Source: an uncultured Gemmatimonadales bacterium
GTDB lineage: Bacteria; Gemmatimonadota; Gemmatimonadetes; Gemmatimonadales; GWC2-71-9
Length of the DNA stretch: 64,000 nt
Assembly: GCA_963748815.1 (NCBI GenBank)
Contig: CAVVKJ010000010.1
Span: forward strand, 896,001-960,000
Direction: 5' to 3'
In this document: positions 31,712 to 48,632 of the stretch, one piece after another
Position numbering within the stretch: the first letter of the stretch is position 1
Layout: each line of letters begins with the position of its first letter
Made by a program: the position numbers and the translations under genes
Notes under the pieces: model-generated
What the model saw: only the letters and a program-made list of their open reading frames with translations
Databases searched by the model: none
Told to the model about the DNA's origin: nothing

Positions 31712-33716
31712 ATGCCGCCATCCCCCTCCCCGGGCCGGTTTCGGCAGGCCGACGCGATTCTCGATGCCGCTCTCGACCTCGAAGGCGAGGAACGGATCGC
31801 CTTCGTCGAGCGGGCCTGCGAGGGCAACCCCGCGCTCAAGTCGATGGTGCAGCGCTTGCTGCGTGCGCTGGAGCACTCCAGCGACTTCCTCTCGGCGTCG
31901 GCGGTCGAGGTGGCGCGCCCACTTCTCGATGTCGTCACCGCCCCCGGTGGGGAGCAGGAAGCGCTCCCCCCACCGGAGCAGGTGGGTCCGTACCGTGTGC
32001 TCCGGGAACTGGGACGGGGAGGCATGGGCGTCGTGTACCTCGCCACGCGGGACGACGACTCGTCGGGGTCGCTGGTGGCGCTCAAGACGCTGCGCGGCGG
32101 GGCGCTCGCCACCGGCACGCTGCTCCGCCGATTCCTGTCGGAGCGCCGCATCCTCGCCACCCTGAACCACCCCTTCATCGCGCGGCTCCATGAGTCAGGC
32201 ATCACCCCCGCCGGCGAGCCGTACTTCGCCATGGCCTACTGCGCCGGCGACTCGCTGGCCGAACGGGTGGCCCACGGTCCGGTCCCCGTCTCCGAAGCGC
32301 TGCGGGTGGCACGGCAGCTCGCCGAGGCGCTGTCGGCGGCGCACGCGGTCGGCATCATCCACCGCGACATCAAGCCAGCCAACGTGCTCTTCACCGGGAC
32401 GGGAGACGTGCAACTGACCGATTTCGGCGAGCTGATCGGCGCCCTCGGCAAGGTCCGGAGCCTGCGGGTCACCGCCCGCACCACCGCATTCGCCCTGAAG
32501 CGGAGGGGGCTCGACCCCCGTGCGATCGCCAACGTCCTCGGCGTCACTCACGTACTGGAAGGCACCGTGCGACGGTCGGGTGACCGGATCAAGGTGACGG
32601 TGCAACTGGTCCAGGCCATCGAGGGGACCATCGCTTGGACGGAGACCTACGACCGGATGGTCGAGGACATCTTCGACCTCCAGGAGAAGCTCGCCGCGGC
32701 CATCGTCGCCGAACTGGCCCTGACGCTCGCACCTTCCGAGCCGAATACGACGACACCCCCGCAACTCGACCTCGCGGCCTACGACCTTTACCTCAAGGGA
32801 CGGTTCTTTGCCGAGAAGCGGACGGCGCGCGGGCTGGAGCGGGCGGTGGAGTATTTCGGCCGCGCGGTGGAGCGAAACCCGGAGTATGCGGAGGCCCACG
32901 CGGGGCTCGCGGACGCGTACATCATGCTCGCGGCCGTGTGCAATCGACGCCCCGGCGAGTGCATTCCCCTTGCCCGGGCCGCGATTGCGGAGGCGCTCCG
33001 GATCGGCAACGGGCTGGCCAACGTGCATGCGACCCATGGCAACCTGCTCTCGGCGTTCGAGTGGGAATGGGAGGAGGCCGAGCGCGAACTGCGGAAGGCG
33101 ATGGAGCTCGCCCCGGCCCACATCGCGGCGCGGCTGTACCTCGCCATCCAGCTCCAGCATCTCGGGCGCTGCGACGAGGCCATTGAACTGGCGAGCCAGG
33201 CGCTCACGCAGGACCCGCTCTCCCCGGCGCTCAACCTGGCGCTGGGACGCGCCCACCTGCACGCCCAGCGACCCGCGGAGGCGCTCAAGCCGCTCCGCAC
33301 CGCCATCGAGATCGCGCCCGGTCTCAGGATTCGGGCACCGGGAACTGGGTCACGCGCTCCTGGCGCTGAGGCGCGACGCCGATGCGCTGTCGGCATTCCG
33401 GCGCGGGGCGGAGAGCGGCGGGCCGAACGAGGTGGGCCAGCTGGCGTATGCGTTGAGTGTGCTGGGGGAGCGGGAGAGCGCCGAAGGGGTGTTGCGCAAC
33501 CTGCTCGCCAGCGAGGGGACCGATTACCTGCCGCCGTTCGGCGTCGCCTGCGCGTATGCCGGCCTGGGGGACCACGATGCGGCGTTCGCCTGGCTCGATC
33601 GCGGATTCGAGCAGCGGGCCGCGCAGATGAACTGCGTCAAGGTGGCCCCGGCCCTCGCCGGGCTTCGTGAGGACCGTCGCTTCGGCGCGCTGCTCGCCAG
33701 GATGGACATCCCGTGA
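31712..33716 (+). pseudogene. Ser/Thr kinase-TolB-like-TPR protein with an internal in-frame deletion after DFG; frameshift near 33325
   Basis: LGRGGMGVVY, VALK, HRDIKPAN, TDFG joined directly to ELIGAL..LRV.ART; LEGTVRR, AYDLYLKGR, TPR repeats. Confidence 0.8.
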
Positions 33717-35470
33717 GGGTCATCGTGACCCGCGCCCTGACGCTCGCCCTCGTCCTGCTGGGCGCCCTCGCGGGGCCCCTGTTGGCACAGAACGCGACGA
33801 TCCGCGGCCGGGTGACCGCGCCCGGCGTGGACATGCCGGTCCCCGGGGCCGACGTCATCGTCGCCGGCACCGCGCGGCGCACGTGAAACGGACTCGGCCG
33901 GGCGGTTCGAGCTGCGCGACCTCGCCCCGGGATCCGATCGAGATCCGTTGTCCGGGAGCCCGGCTACCAGGCCGTCACGATGCGCCTGACGCTGGCCCCG
34001 GGAGAGGTCAGGACTCTCTCCGTGCTCCTCGCCCCCGTCACCCCGATCGTCGATCCCATCACGGTAACGGCCACGCGCGACCCGCGCAGCCTCTCCAGCG
34101 TGGCGGCCGCCGTGTCGGTGGCGGACAGCCAGGCCATCCGGAGCGACCGCACGGTGGGGCTGGACGAGACCCTGCGCATGATGCCAGGGGTGCAGGCGCG
34201 CTCCCGCTACGGCACCGACGACATCAACCTCGGCATCCGGGGCTCGGCGGCCCGGGCCCGGCAGGCGGTGCGAGGGGTCGCGGTGCTGCTCGATGGCGTC
34301 CCCCTCTCGGAACCGGACGGCGTGGCGCGGCTGGACCTGATCGAGCTCGGCGCCGCGCGGCAGATCGAGGTGGTGCGCGGCCCCGTCTCCGCGCTCTACG
34401 CTGGGTCGTCCAACGGGGTGGTCAACGTGATCTCGCGGAGCGGATACGACAGTCCGGGCGTGACGCTGCAGGCGCAGGGAGGCTCGTACGGATTCGAGAA
34501 GTACTTCGGGCAGGCGGGGGCGGTCATCGACACCGGCCAGGGGAGTGTCTACCTGGCCGGGTCATACACGAACTCGGACAACTTCCGGCAGCACAGCGCC
34601 GGCTCCGTGGCTCGCGGCCTCCTGCGTACCGACTATCGCTTCCCTCCTCCCGCACCCATGCTCACGCTCGACGCCGAGGGGTCGCGGCTCGACACCGACC
34701 TGCCAGGATCGCTCACCCAGGCCCAGTTCGATGCCGATCCCGACGCCGCGGCCCCGTCCGCCGTGAACCTCGGATTCGCGCGCGCCGACACGCGCTACCG
34801 CGCCGGCGCCCGGCTGGTCCAGGGACTCGACGCGTCGGGCAACACCGAGGCGTCGGCGTACGGCTACTACGGCGGCCGGACGCTGTACTTCCCGACCCAG
34901 CGCTGGATCGTGGACCTCAACTTCCAGCGCACGCAGGTCGGCGCCCGGTACCGCGCCGCGCAGGTCGGGGGCGCGGCGCTCGAACTGGCCGCGGGCGTGG
35001 ACTACGACCACGTCCACGGCGCCGACCAGCGGTGGACGAACACCGGGGGGCCAGGCGGATTCACTCCTCGACCGCGGCACCGACGCCATCTCGAGCCTCG
35101 GGATCTACGGGCAGGGTGACTGGCGGGCGAGCCCGAACCGTCGACCTGACCCTCGGCATCCGCTACGACGCCGTGTCCTACGGGTTCACGAGCAGCTTTC
35201 CCGGGCAAGGTCCCGGCGCAGGACACGACGTACGACCAGTGGTCGCCGAAGCTCACGGCGTCGTGGCAGGCAGGGCGCCAACACGCTCGCCTACGCCTCG
35301 ATTGCGCGGGGCTTCGAGGTTCCGGCCGTCGGGTGAGCTGTCCGCCTCCCCCGGGAGTCGACCCTGAGCACCACGCTGCACCCGAAGACGCTGTGGAACT
35401 ACGAGGTGGGCGCCCGCGGCATGGTCGGACCGACCCTTCGGTACGACGCCGCGGTGTTCTACGCCGGGAT
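33713..35470 (+). pseudogene. TonB-dependent receptor, 3'-truncated and frameshifted
   Basis: Signal peptide + IRGRV; ITVTATR, MPGV, IRG, VLLDGVP, IEVVRGP.SALY plug motifs; LGIRYD, NYEVG; ends after YDAAVFYA. Confidence 0.8.
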
Positions 35471-35536
35471 GCCGCCTGTCCCGGCGCGAGATGACTCCGG
35501 CCATCCCGCCAAGGCGCTTCAGCGTCCCCGCCGCCG

Positions 35537-36256
35537 CTACGGCCCCGGCGGCGCCGTCCCGAACGTCACGAAGGTGAAGAAGGTGCCATTGGTGAGCGTC
35601 GCGATGGTGTAGTACTCGCTGACCGTGCCGCCGACCGTCCGCGTCGCCGAGGTGTTTCCCGTCGGGCCGGTGACCGTGTTGCCGACATACCCGGAGCCGC
35701 CACCGGAAATGGTCCAGTCCACTGAGGCGCCGACCACCAGGTTGCCATAGGCATCGGTGACCCGTGCGACCAGCGGTTGCGGCGCGATGGTGAAGACGGT
35801 CGTACTCTGGCTGTCGCCGGAAAACGCCATGATGACCGTCCCCGGCCCGGGCACACCCGTGGCGGTGTAACTGACCGGCGATCCGGTCAGTCCCGCCGCG
35901 GTGGCGGTCGCGTGGTTGAGCCCCGCGCCGGAGACCGTGCCGATCGTCCAGACCGTCGAGGCGACGCCCTGGGAGTTCGTGTTGACCGGCCCGGCCGCGG
36001 CCACCGACCCGCCGCCCGCCGTGACCGCGAAGGTGACCGCCACGCCGGCCACCGGGTTGCCGCCCGCATCCGTGACCCGCGCCCCGATCGGGGTCGCCAG
36101 TGCCTCACCCACGGTCCCCGTCTGGACGCTCCCCGAGGCAAGTCCGATGGTGGTCGGCGACGACGATGGCCCGCTGCCACCGTCGCTGGAGCAGCCGGCC
36201 ACCAGCAGGAACGCCGCCGCCAGCCCGACCAGGTGCTTCGCAGGAATCCAGCGCAT
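35537..36256 (-). CDS. Ig-like (Big_1) domain lipoprotein
   Basis: LVAGC lipobox; two Ig-like repeats. Confidence 0.8.
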   Translation of the reverse strand: MRWIPAKHLVGLAAAFLLVAGCSSDGGSGPSSSPTTIGLASGSVQTGTVGEALATPIGARVTDAGGNPVAGVAVTFAVTAGGGSVAAAGPVNTNSQGVASTVWTIGTVSGAGLNHATATAAGLTGSPVSYTATGVPGPGTVIMAFSGDSQSTTVFTIAPQPLVARVTDAYGNLVVGASVDWTISGGGSGYVGNTVTGPTGNTSATRTVGGTVSEYYTIATLTNGTFFTFVTFGTAPPGP

Positions 36257-36363
36257 CTCGTGCTCCCGCGCGACGCTCGCGCTCTTGGGTTGAGCCCTGC
36301 CCCACCCCGACCTCGGCGACGTCCCTCCACCGCTGGCCGGACGACAAAAAGTACTCGGGACGG

Positions 36364-37593
36364 CTACCGCACCCGCGTGATCCGCCCCTGGCGATCGACC
36401 CCGCGAATCGGTCCGGTCCGCAACTGTTCCCGCAGGTGCAGCATGCCCACGCCTGCCGCCCGCGGGGCGGTCGGGGAACTCGGCACGGTATAGGGGTCCG
36501 CCGTCGTATAGTCGACCGTGTAGGCCAGATCGGCGAGCGACCCGATCGAGATCGCGCTGAGCGGATTCGACCCCAGGTTGATGTATCCCGTCATCAGCTC
36601 ATTGACCATGACCGTTTCACGCCAGTGCCCGTCCTGCGTCCCGGGGCCACCGGTGTTTTCCACCGGCACGGGAAAGAGGCCGGGATAGGCAATGGAACCG
36701 CCCGCTGCATTGTAATACGAAATGGCCGAGCTGCCATTGAAGTAGGTCGAATCGGTCCCGCCGAAGGTCAGCAGTGACGGCGTGACGTAGGTCCAGAGCG
36801 AACCGAGGCCGAGGACGTGACCCATCTCATGGAGGATGACGGGCTTGAGGAGGTTCAGCGATTCGAGCTGCGGCATGTCCGCCGAGTCGAAGGTCATGTC
36901 TCCCACCAGCGTCAGGTAGCTGGGAAGCCGGACCCAGCAGGGGGACGCGCCGCCGAGAATGCCGCTCGGTCCATCGATGGGGGCCACCGAGGCGTAGATC
37001 AGCACCGACGTGATGGCCCGATCGATGGGAGGCGTGTTCTCGCCGCAGCTCGCCGAATCCGCGATGACCGTGTCGGCGGGAAAGTCCGCAACGACGATGC
37101 TGCTCCACCGGGCCGCCGCGTCGAGGAACGCCGCCCGCTGCGCTGGCGTCACCGCCGTGAGGAACTGTACCTCGACGCTGAAGGTGCTGGGGACCGCCGT
37201 GCCGAGGGTGGCGAAATACACCACGGCCGCCGTGTCGCCCGGGAGCGAGGCGATCGTCGTGTACCCGCTCATCGTGCTGCCCACGGTCCGCGTCACCGAC
37301 GTCTGTCCCAGCGCATTCGTCACCGTGGCACCAGCCGAGATCGTGCCGCCCCCCGTCGCGGACCAGTTGACGCTCGCGCCGGCGACCGGCATGCCGTCGG
37401 CGTCGTTGACCTGCACGACCAGCGGGAGCGCCGCGGTCTGGTTGAACTGCGCGTTCTGACCATTGCCGGACACCGCGACCACCGCGACCGGCTCCGGCGC
37501 CGGTTCCGGCGCGTTGCTGTCGCTGGAACACCCCGCCATCAGCCCCATCCCTGCCATGAGCCCGAGCAGGCTCCTGCCCTGATTCCACCGCAT
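36364..37593 (-). CDS. lipoprotein with one Ig-like domain and a leishmanolysin-like zinc metalloprotease
   Basis: MAGC lipobox; DGPSGILG, LHEMGHVLG, GHWRE, ELMTGY; paralog of 26558-29326. Confidence 0.85.
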   Translation of the reverse strand: MRWNQGRSLLGLMAGMGLMAGCSSDSNAPEPAPEPVAVVAVSGNGQNAQFNQTAALPLVVQVNDADGMPVAGASVNWSATGGGTISAGATVTNALGQTSVTRTVGSTMSGYTTIASLPGDTAAVVYFATLGTAVPSTFSVEVQFLTAVTPAQRAAFLDAAARWSSIVVADFPADTVIADSASCGENTPPIDRAITSVLIYASVAPIDGPSGILGGASPCWVRLPSYLTLVGDMTFDSADMPQLESLNLLKPVILHEMGHVLGLGSLWTYVTPSLLTFGGTDSTYFNGSSAISYYNAAGGSIAYPGLFPVPVENTGGPGTQDGHWRETVMVNELMTGYINLGSNPLSAISIGSLADLAYTVDYTTADPYTVPSSPTAPRAAGVGMLHLREQLRTGPIRGVDRQGRITRVR

Positions 37594-37703
37594 GCCAAGC
37601 TCCCTCGCGAGTGACTCGCGTAACAGTTCTGGCGGATCCAGGGGGCGACCCGACGGGTAACGACGTTTGCCTGCGTTTGGGCCCGCTTGCCAGCCAGAAC
37701 CCA

Positions 37704-37734
37704 ACAGCGCCCGGGGATATCTCCCGGGCGCCGC
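37704..37734 (-). terminator. hairpin downstream of rpoC
   Basis: GCGGCGCCCGGG-loop-CCCGGGCGCUGU; weak U-tract. Confidence 0.4.
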
Positions 37735-37760
37735 GGAACTCGCTGCTGGACTGCCTTCGA

Positions 37761-40700
37761 CTACAGATCGTCCTCGGCCAGCCCGACCAGGACGGCGTCG
37801 GCCGGCACCTCGACCGCTTCCACCGGGGGTGGCGGCGGCGGGGGCTCGAAGCCCGGAGGCGGCTCGATGTCGATCTCGGCGTACCGGTAGATGCCGGTGC
37901 CGGCCGGGATCAGGTGCCCGATGATGATGTTCTCCTTGAGGCCGAGGAGGTCGTCCTTGGCCCCGCGGATGGCCGCGTCGGTCAGGACGCGGGTAGTCTC
38001 CTGGAACGACGCCGCCGAGATGAACGACTGCGTCGTGAGCGACGCCTTGGTGATGCCGAGCAGCACCGGCTCCGCGTTGGCCGGCTTCCCCTTCTTGCGC
38101 AGCACCCGGTCGTTCTCGTCGCGGAAGCTGAGCTTGTCCACCGTCTCCCCCTCGAGGAAGCCGGTGTCGCCCGGATCCACGACGCGCACCTTCTGCAGCA
38201 TCTGGCGCACGATCACGCCGATGTGCTTGTCGCTGATGCGCACGCCCTGCAGGCGGTACACCTCCTGCACCTCGTTCAGCAGGTATTCCTGCACCGCGCG
38301 GGGGCCCTTGATGCCCAGGATGTCGTGCGGGTTCACCGGGCCCTCGGTCAGGCGGTCGCCCGCGCGGACCTTGTCGCCCTCGTGGACCCGGAGGTGCTTG
38401 CCGGCCGCCACTTCGTACAGCTGCGGCTCCGCGCCCTCCTCCACCGGGTAGACGAAGATTTCGCGCTTGCCGCGCTTGATCTCGCCGAACTTCACGTGGC
38501 CGTCGACCTCGGCGATCGTGGCCGGGTCCTTCGGCCGACGGCCCTCGAAGAGCTCCGCCACCCGCGGCAGGCCGCCGGTGATGTCGCGCGTCTTGTAGGC
38601 CTGGCGCGGAATCTTCGTGACCGTGACACCCTTCGGCACCTTCACCGCCGGGGAGAGGAAGACCGTCTTGTCCTTGGCCTCCTTCTTTGTCTTGTTCGGC
38701 CACGCCACGTTGATCGGATACTCCTCGACCTTGAACTTCGGCGACCAGGGGTTCGCCTCGTCGGGGATTTCCATGGCCCGGCTCACCAGGTCGGTCGGCG
38801 ACCCGAGGATGATCCGGGAGCCCTCGGCCAGGATGTACTCCTGCGGGTCCTTCCGGTTCGGCGCATAGACCAGCACCGACGGATGGAGCTCCTTGTCCGG
38901 GTCGGCCACGACCACCACCGAGCGGAGGCCGGTCGACTCGTCAAGCTCCTCGCGGAGCGTGACGCCGGGGACCAGGTCCTTCCAGCGGAGTTCGCCGTCG
39001 ACCTTGATGATGCTCGGATCGTTGTACGGGTCCCAGGTGTAGAGAACCGTGGCCCGCGCGCCCTGCCGCTGGTCCACCTTGGCCACCGTGTCGCCGACCT
39101 TGACCTGCAGGAGGGCGCCTTCCGGCACCGGGAAGCGGTTCAGCACCCGCTTCTTGTCCTTCGGGTCGGTGATGAGGATGCCTTCCTTCATTTCATCCGT
39201 CGCCGACTCGTCCTCGCGCGTGAGCGCGATGCGGATCTGGCCCTTCTCGCCGTCTTCGTACTCGACCGGCAGGTCGGCGAACTCGAGGTCCGGCGTGTAG
39301 TGCACCGCGCCGTCGGACCGCGCGCGCCGCTCCGCCTCTTCGGCGATGCGGGCGGAGGTGCCGCCGATGTGGAAGGTCCGGAGCGTCAGCTGCGTGCCCG
39401 GCTCGCCGATCGACTGCGCCGCCAGGATGCCGACCGCCTCGCCCATGTCCACCATTTCCATGGTGGCGAGGTTGCGGCCGTAGCACATCCGGCAGACGCC
39501 GCGGCGGGCCTCGCAGGTGAGCACCGAGCGGATCTTGACCCGGTCGATGCCGGCCTCGTCGATTTCGTCGGCCACATCTTCCTTGATCAGCTGCCCCGAG
39601 GCGACGAGGAGCTTCTGGTCGCCGTCCTCGTCCATCTTGTTCGGGTCGTAGACATCTTCGAGCGCCACCGCGCCGAGCACGCGCTCCCGCAGCGACTCGA
39701 TGACATCCTCGCCTTCCTTGAGCGCGCTGATCTCCAGGCCGAGGATCGTGCCGCAATCCTCCTCGGTGATGGTGACGTCCTGCGCCACGTCGACCAGGCG
39801 GCGGGTCAGGTACCCGGCGTCGGCCGTCTTGAGCGCCGTGTCCGCCAGGCCCTTTCGGGCGCCGTGCGTCGAGATGAAGTATTCGAGCACCGTGAGGCCT
39901 TCACGGAAGTTCGACTTGATCGGGCTCTCGATGATTTCGCCGATGCCGCCGGTCAGCTTCTTCTGCGGCTTGGCCATCAGGCCGCGCATGCCGGCCAGCT
40001 GCCGGATCTGGTCGCGGCTGCCGCGGGACCCGGAATCGAACATCATGAAGACGGGGTTGAACCCGCCGCGCGAGGCGCCCATGTGCTTGATCATCGCCTC
40101 GGCCACGTCGTTGTTGGCGTGGGTCCAGGCGTCGATCACCTTGTTGTATCGCTCGCCGAAGGTGATCTGGCCGGTGTTGTAGGCGCGCTGGAACCGCTGC
40201 ACCCGCTTGTCGGCCTCCTCGAGGAGGGTCACCTTCTCGGCCGGGATTTCGAGGTCCTCGATGCCGATCGAGATGCCGCCCGCCGTCGCGTACCGGAAGC
40301 CGAACTCCTTCAGGCGGTCGAGGAAGATGACCGTGTCGGCGAGCCCGGCCTCGAGGAAGCTGGTCAGGACGAGCTGCGAGAGGAGCTTCTTCCGCATGAG
40401 GGCGTTCCGGAAGCCGCCGCTCTGGATGATCTTGACCGGGATGATGCTGTTGAACAGCACCCGGCCCGCCGTGGTCGGCACCCAGCCGGCGTCGCGCGCC
40501 GGGACGGACCCGGCCGGCGGCGCGAACCAGTAGAAGATCGTCGTCTGGTAGTCGACGGTGCCGTGCAGCAGCGCCATCTCGATTTCCGCGAGCGTCGAGA
40601 AGAACGGCGCGCTCTTCCACCCCAGGCTCCGCTTCGTCAGGTCGACGAGGGTGCCGGCCACCGGCTCCTCGGCGCCCGGCGGCAGCTTGGTGAGGAAGTA

Positions 40701-42335
40701 CGACCCCAGCACCATGTCCTGCGACGGCTCGGCCACCGGGCGGCCGTCCGACGGCTTGAGGATGTTGTTGGACGCGATCATCAGCACCCGCGCCTCGATC
40801 TGCGCCTCGAACGACAGCGGCACGTGCACCGCCATCTGGTCACCGTCGAAGTCGGCGTTGAACGCCGCGCAGACGAGCGGGTGGATCCGGATGGCCTTGC
40901 CCTCGACCAGCACCGGCTCGAACGCCTGGATGCCGAGGCGGTGGAGCGTCGGGGCGCGGTTGAGGAGCACCGGGTGGTCCTGGATGATCTGCTCCAGGAT
41001 CTCGTACACCTCGGGGCTTTCCTTCTCGACGATCTTCTTGGCGCGCTTGACCGTCTCCGCGATCCCGTTCTCCACCAGCTTGTGGATGATGAACGGCTTG
41101 AAGAGCTCGACGGCCATCGCCTTGGGGAGGCCGCACTGGTGGAGCCGGAGCTCCGGGCCCACCACGATGACCGAGCGGCCGGAGTAGTCCACCCGCTTGC
41201 CGAGCAGGTTCTGGCGGAACCGGCCCTGCTTGCCCTTGAGCATGTCGCTCAGCGACTTCAGCGGGCGCTTGCCGCGGCCCCGGATCGCCTTGCTGCGGCG
41301 CCCGTTGTCGAACAGCGCGTCCACCGCCTCCTGCAGCATCCGCTTCTCGTTCCGGAGGATGACCTCCGGGGCGCGATGCTGGATGAGCTTCTGGAGCCGG
41401 TTGTTCCGGTTGATGACGCGGCGGTACAGGTCGTTCAGGTCGCTCGTGGCGAAACGCCCGCCGTCGAGCGGCACCAGCGGCCGGAGGTCCGGCGGGATGA
41501 CCGGCACCACGTCGAGGATCATCCAGGCCGGGTTGTTCGGCAGGTCGCCGGAATCGCCCGAACTGAGCAGCGCGTCGACGATCTTGAGCCGCTTGAGCAT
41601 CTGCTTCTTGCGGTGCTGGCTCGTCTCCGTGGCCACGCCGGCGCGGAGCTCGTCGGCGAGCTTCTTGATGTCGATCCGGCTCAGCAGCTCCCGGACCGCC
41701 GGGGCGCCGGTGTCGGCCTTGAACATGGTGTCGCCCATGTCGCGGGCCTTCTGCTTCATGGCCAGGAACTCATCTTCGTCGAGCAGCTGGTTCTGCTTGA
41801 CGGCCACCACCTTGCCGTCCACTTCGACTTCCTGCTTGCCCGGCTCGATGACGATGTAGTTCGAGTAGTAGATGACGCGCTCGAGCTCCCGCAACGTGAT
41901 GTTCAGCAGGTTGCCCATCGGCGACGGCAGCGTCTTGAAGAACCAGATGTGCGCCACCGGCACGCTGAGCTCGATGTGGCCCATGCGCTCACGGCGGACC
42001 TTCGACAGCGTGACCTCGACGCCGCACCGGTCGCAGATGACCCCGCGGTACCGGATCCGCTTGTACTTCCCGCAGTGGCACTCCCAGTCCTTGACGGGAC
42101 CGAAGATCCGCTCACAGAACAGACCGTCCTTCTCGGGCTTGAAGGAGCGGTAGTTGATGGTCTCCGGCTTCGTCACCTCGCCCCAGGACCACCAGGTCCG
42201 CTGCCCCTGGAGTTCCAGGCGCTCGCGCTCCTTGGTGTCGCGGGGGCCCCGGATTTCCTCGGGGGAGGCGATCCGGATGCTGATGTAGTCGAAGCTGGAG
42301 CTCTTGGGCTCCCGTCCGCTGCGAAAATCGATCAT
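37761..42335 (-). CDS. rpoC: RNA polymerase beta' subunit
   Basis: [40 protein letters not shown]. Confidence 0.99.
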   Translation of the reverse strand: MIDFRSGREPKSSSFDYISIRIASPEEIRGPRDTKERERLELQGQRTWWSWGEVTKPETINYRSFKPEKDGLFCERIFGPVKDWECHCGKYKRIRYRGVICDRCGVEVTLSKVRRERMGHIELSVPVAHIWFFKTLPSPMGNLLNITLRELERVIYYSNYIVIEPGKQEVEVDGKVVAVKQNQLLDEDEFLAMKQKARDMGDTMFKADTGAPAVRELLSRIDIKKLADELRAGVATETSQHRKKQMLKRLKIVDALLSSGDSGDLPNNPAWMILDVVPVIPPDLRPLVPLDGGRFATSDLNDLYRRVINRNNRLQKLIQHRAPEVILRNEKRMLQEAVDALFDNGRRSKAIRGRGKRPLKSLSDMLKGKQGRFRQNLLGKRVDYSGRSVIVVGPELRLHQCGLPKAMAVELFKPFIIHKLVENGIAETVKRAKKIVEKESPEVYEILEQIIQDHPVLLNRAPTLHRLGIQAFEPVLVEGKAIRIHPLVCAAFNADFDGDQMAVHVPLSFEAQIEARVLMIASNNILKPSDGRPVAEPSQDMVLGSYFLTKLPPGAEEPVAGTLVDLTKRSLGWKSAPFFSTLAEIEMALLHGTVDYQTTIFYWFAPPAGSVPARDAGWVPTTAGRVLFNSIIPVKIIQSGGFRNALMRKKLLSQLVLTSFLEAGLADTVIFLDRLKEFGFRYATAGGISIGIEDLEIPAEKVTLLEEADKRVQRFQRAYNTGQITFGERYNKVIDAWTHANNDVAEAMIKHMGASRGGFNPVFMMFDSGSRGSRDQIRQLAGMRGLMAKPQKKLTGGIGEIIESPIKSNFREGLTVLEYFISTHGARKGLADTALKTADAGYLTRRLVDVAQDVTITEEDCGTILGLEISALKEGEDVIESLRERVLGAVALEDVYDPNKMDEDGDQKLLVASGQLIKEDVADEIDEAGIDRVKIRSVLTCEARRGVCRMCYGRNLATMEMVDMGEAVGILAAQSIGEPGTQLTLRTFHIGGTSARIAEEAERRARSDGAVHYTPDLEFADLPVEYEDGEKGQIRIALTREDESATDEMKEGILITDPKDKKRVLNRFPVPEGALLQVKVGDTVAKVDQRQGARATVLYTWDPYNDPSIIKVDGELRWKDLVPGVTLREELDESTGLRSVVVVADPDKELHPSVLVYAPNRKDPQEYILAEGSRIILGSPTDLVSRAMEIPDEANPWSPKFKVEEYPINVAWPNKTKKEAKDKTVFLSPAVKVPKGVTVTKIPRQAYKTRDITGGLPRVAELFEGRRPKDPATIAEVDGHVKFGEIKRGKREIFVYPVEEGAEPQLYEVAAGKHLRVHEGDKVRAGDRLTEGPVNPHDILGIKGPRAVQEYLLNEVQEVYRLQGVRISDKHIGVIVRQMLQKVRVVDPGDTGFLEGETVDKLSFRDENDRVLRKKGKPANAEPVLLGITKASLTTQSFISAASFQETTRVLTDAAIRGAKDDLLGLKENIIIGHLIPAGTGIYRYAEIDIEPPPGFEPPPPPPPVEAVEVPADAVLVGLAEDDL

Positions 42336-42405
42336 TGCTGCCTCATTCTTGAATCCGGTGTGGTTGCCACGCCGGCGGATAAATCAGTGTCGTGCGCGGG
42401 CGGCG

Positions 42406-46881
<4,476 letters not shown>

Positions 46882-46899
46882 GGCTCACTCTCATGCAAC

Positions 46900-46953
46900 A
46901 CAAAGGGCCCCGGGACGGAGGCCATCACCAACGGTGATGGCCCCGCGGGGCTC
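46900..46953 (-). terminator. rplL-rpoB attenuator-like hairpin
   Basis: GGCCAUCACC-GUU-GGUGAUGGCC within an outer GC stem, then UUUGUGUU; same position as the known rplL-rpoB attenuator. Confidence 0.55.
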
Positions 46954-47057
46954 GGACGTCGCTGGAATTCAGGACCAACGCAGGTTCGTCATGCCGTCTC
47001 GCTAAAGCAGGGTGGTCGCAGGCGCCCGCCGGGTCGTCCCGGCGGGCGGTGCGGGCC

Positions 47058-47432
47058 CTACTTCATTTCGACGGTGGCGCCCTGCTCTTCGAGCTTCTTC
47101 TTCAGTTCTTCCGCCTCGGCCTTGGAGATGCCTTCCTTGATGACGCCACCGGCGTCGACCAGGTCCTTGGCTTCCTTCAGGCCCAGGCTCGTGACTTCGC
47201 GCACGGCCTTGATGACCTGGATCTTCTTGGCGCCGCCGTCCTTCAGCACGACGGAGTACTCGCTCTGCTCCTCGGCCGCCGGAGCCGCGCCCGCGCCCGC
47301 GCCGGCCGCCGGGGCGGCCATGACGGTCACGTTGAACTTCGTCTTGAAGGACTCGATCAGGTCCGCCAGCTCGATCACGGTCTTGTTGCCAATCGCGTCG
47401 AGAATCTGCTCATTGCTCATCGTGGTGCTCAT
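47058..47432 (-). CDS. rplL: 50S ribosomal protein L7/L12
   Basis: [20 protein letters not shown]. Confidence 0.98.
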   Translation of the reverse strand: MSTTMSNEQILDAIGNKTVIELADLIESFKTKFNVTVMAAPAAGAGAGAAPAAEEQSEYSVVLKDGGAKKIQVIKAVREVTSLGLKEAKDLVDAGGVIKEGISKAEAEELKKKLEEQGATVEMK

Positions 47433-47451
47433 CGGGATGTGCTCCGTCGGG

Positions 47452-47946
47452 TTAGGATGCCGCGGCGCTGCGCTGCTCACGCAGTGCCTCGAGTGCGCCG
47501 ACCATGGTGTACAGGACGCTGTTCATTGCGCCGGCCATCTGGGCCAGCAGGACTTCGCGCGGCGGAATCTCGCCCAGCCGCTTGACGTGGGCCGCCGTGA
47601 CGGTCTCGCCGTCGACCCGGCCCATCTTGACCGTGGGCTTGTCGCCGAACTCCTTGGCGAACTCGGTCAGCACCTTGGCGGCCGCGAGCGAGTCGTGCGA
47701 CAGCACGAGGCCGGTCGGGCCGGTGAAGTGCGCGTCGAGCCCCTCGATCTGGTTGGCCGCGAGGGCCCGCTGCGCCAGCGTGTTCTTGACGACGACGTAG
47801 TTGGCGCCGGCCGCCCGGAGGCGACGACGGAACTCCGTCATGCGCAGCACGTTCAATCCGCTGAAATCCGTGACATAGACATTGGGAGACGCCTTCAGGG
47901 CTGCCGTCAGGGTCTCGACCTCGGCCTGTCGTTCGGTCTTGCTCAT
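47452..47946 (-). CDS. rplJ: 50S ribosomal protein L10
   Basis: DFSGLNV, VVKNTL, FTGPT. Confidence 0.97.
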   Translation of the reverse strand: MSKTERQAEVETLTAALKASPNVYVTDFSGLNVLRMTEFRRRLRAAGANYVVVKNTLAQRALAANQIEGLDAHFTGPTGLVLSHDSLAAAKVLTEFAKEFGDKPTVKMGRVDGETVTAAHVKRLGEIPPREVLLAQMAGAMNSVLYTMVGALEALREQRSAAAS

Positions 47947-48632
47947 TTGTACCCCGCCGTCTCGAGCCGCACGCCGGGTCCCATGGTGCTGGAGACCGTC
48001 GCCGACCGGATGTAGACGCCCTTGGCCGCAGCCGGCTTGGCCCGCAGAATGGTGTCCATGAACGCCTGGAGGTTTTCCGCCAGCTGCGCCTCACTGAACG
48101 AGGCCTTGCCGATCGGGACGTGCACGTTGCCGGTCTTGTCGACCCGGAACTCGATCTTGCCCGCCTTGATTTCCTTGACGGCCTTGGTCACGTCGAGCGT
48201 GACGGTGCCGGCCTTCGGGTTCGGCATCAGGCCGCGCGGGCCGAGGACCCGGCCGAGCTGGCCGAGCTGACCCATCACGTCGGGCGTCGCGACGATGACG
48301 TCGCACTCGAGCCATCCGTCCTTCAGCTTCTGGAGGTACTCGACGCCGACGAAATCCGCCCCGGCGGCCTCGGCCTCCTGGACCTTTTCGCCCTGCGTGA
48401 CGACCAGCACCCGGACCGACTTGCCGGTGCCGTGCGGCAGCACGACGGTGCCCCGGACGACCTGGTCCGCGTGCCGCGGATCCACGCCGAGCCGGACCGC
48501 CACGTCCACCGTCTCGTTGAACTTCGCCTTGGCGGCGGCCTTGACGGCGGCGCACGCCTCGGAACTGGTGTAGGTCCGGTTGCGGTCGACCGTGGCCGCC
48601 GCGGCGAGGTACCGCTTTCCGTGGCTGGGCAT
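47943..48632 (-). CDS. rplA: 50S ribosomal protein L1
   Basis: [35 protein letters not shown]. Confidence 0.99.
   Translation of the reverse strand: MPSHGKRYLAAAATVDRNRTYTSSEACAAVKAAAKAKFNETVDVAVRLGVDPRHADQVVRGTVVLPHGTGKSVRVLVVTQGEKVQEAEAAGADFVGVEYLQKLKDGWLECDVIVATPDVMGQLGQLGRVLGPRGLMPNPKAGTVTLDVTKAVKEIKAGKIEFRVDKTGNVHVPIGKASFSEAQLAENLQAFMDTILRAKPAAAKGVYIRSATVSSTMGPGVRLETAGYK

Noticed and set aside
36364..38703. 779-aa ORF fusing the rpoC region to the peptidase
   Set aside because: The upstream part is an alternate frame of rpoC; the real start is at 37593 with a GGAG RBS and lipobox
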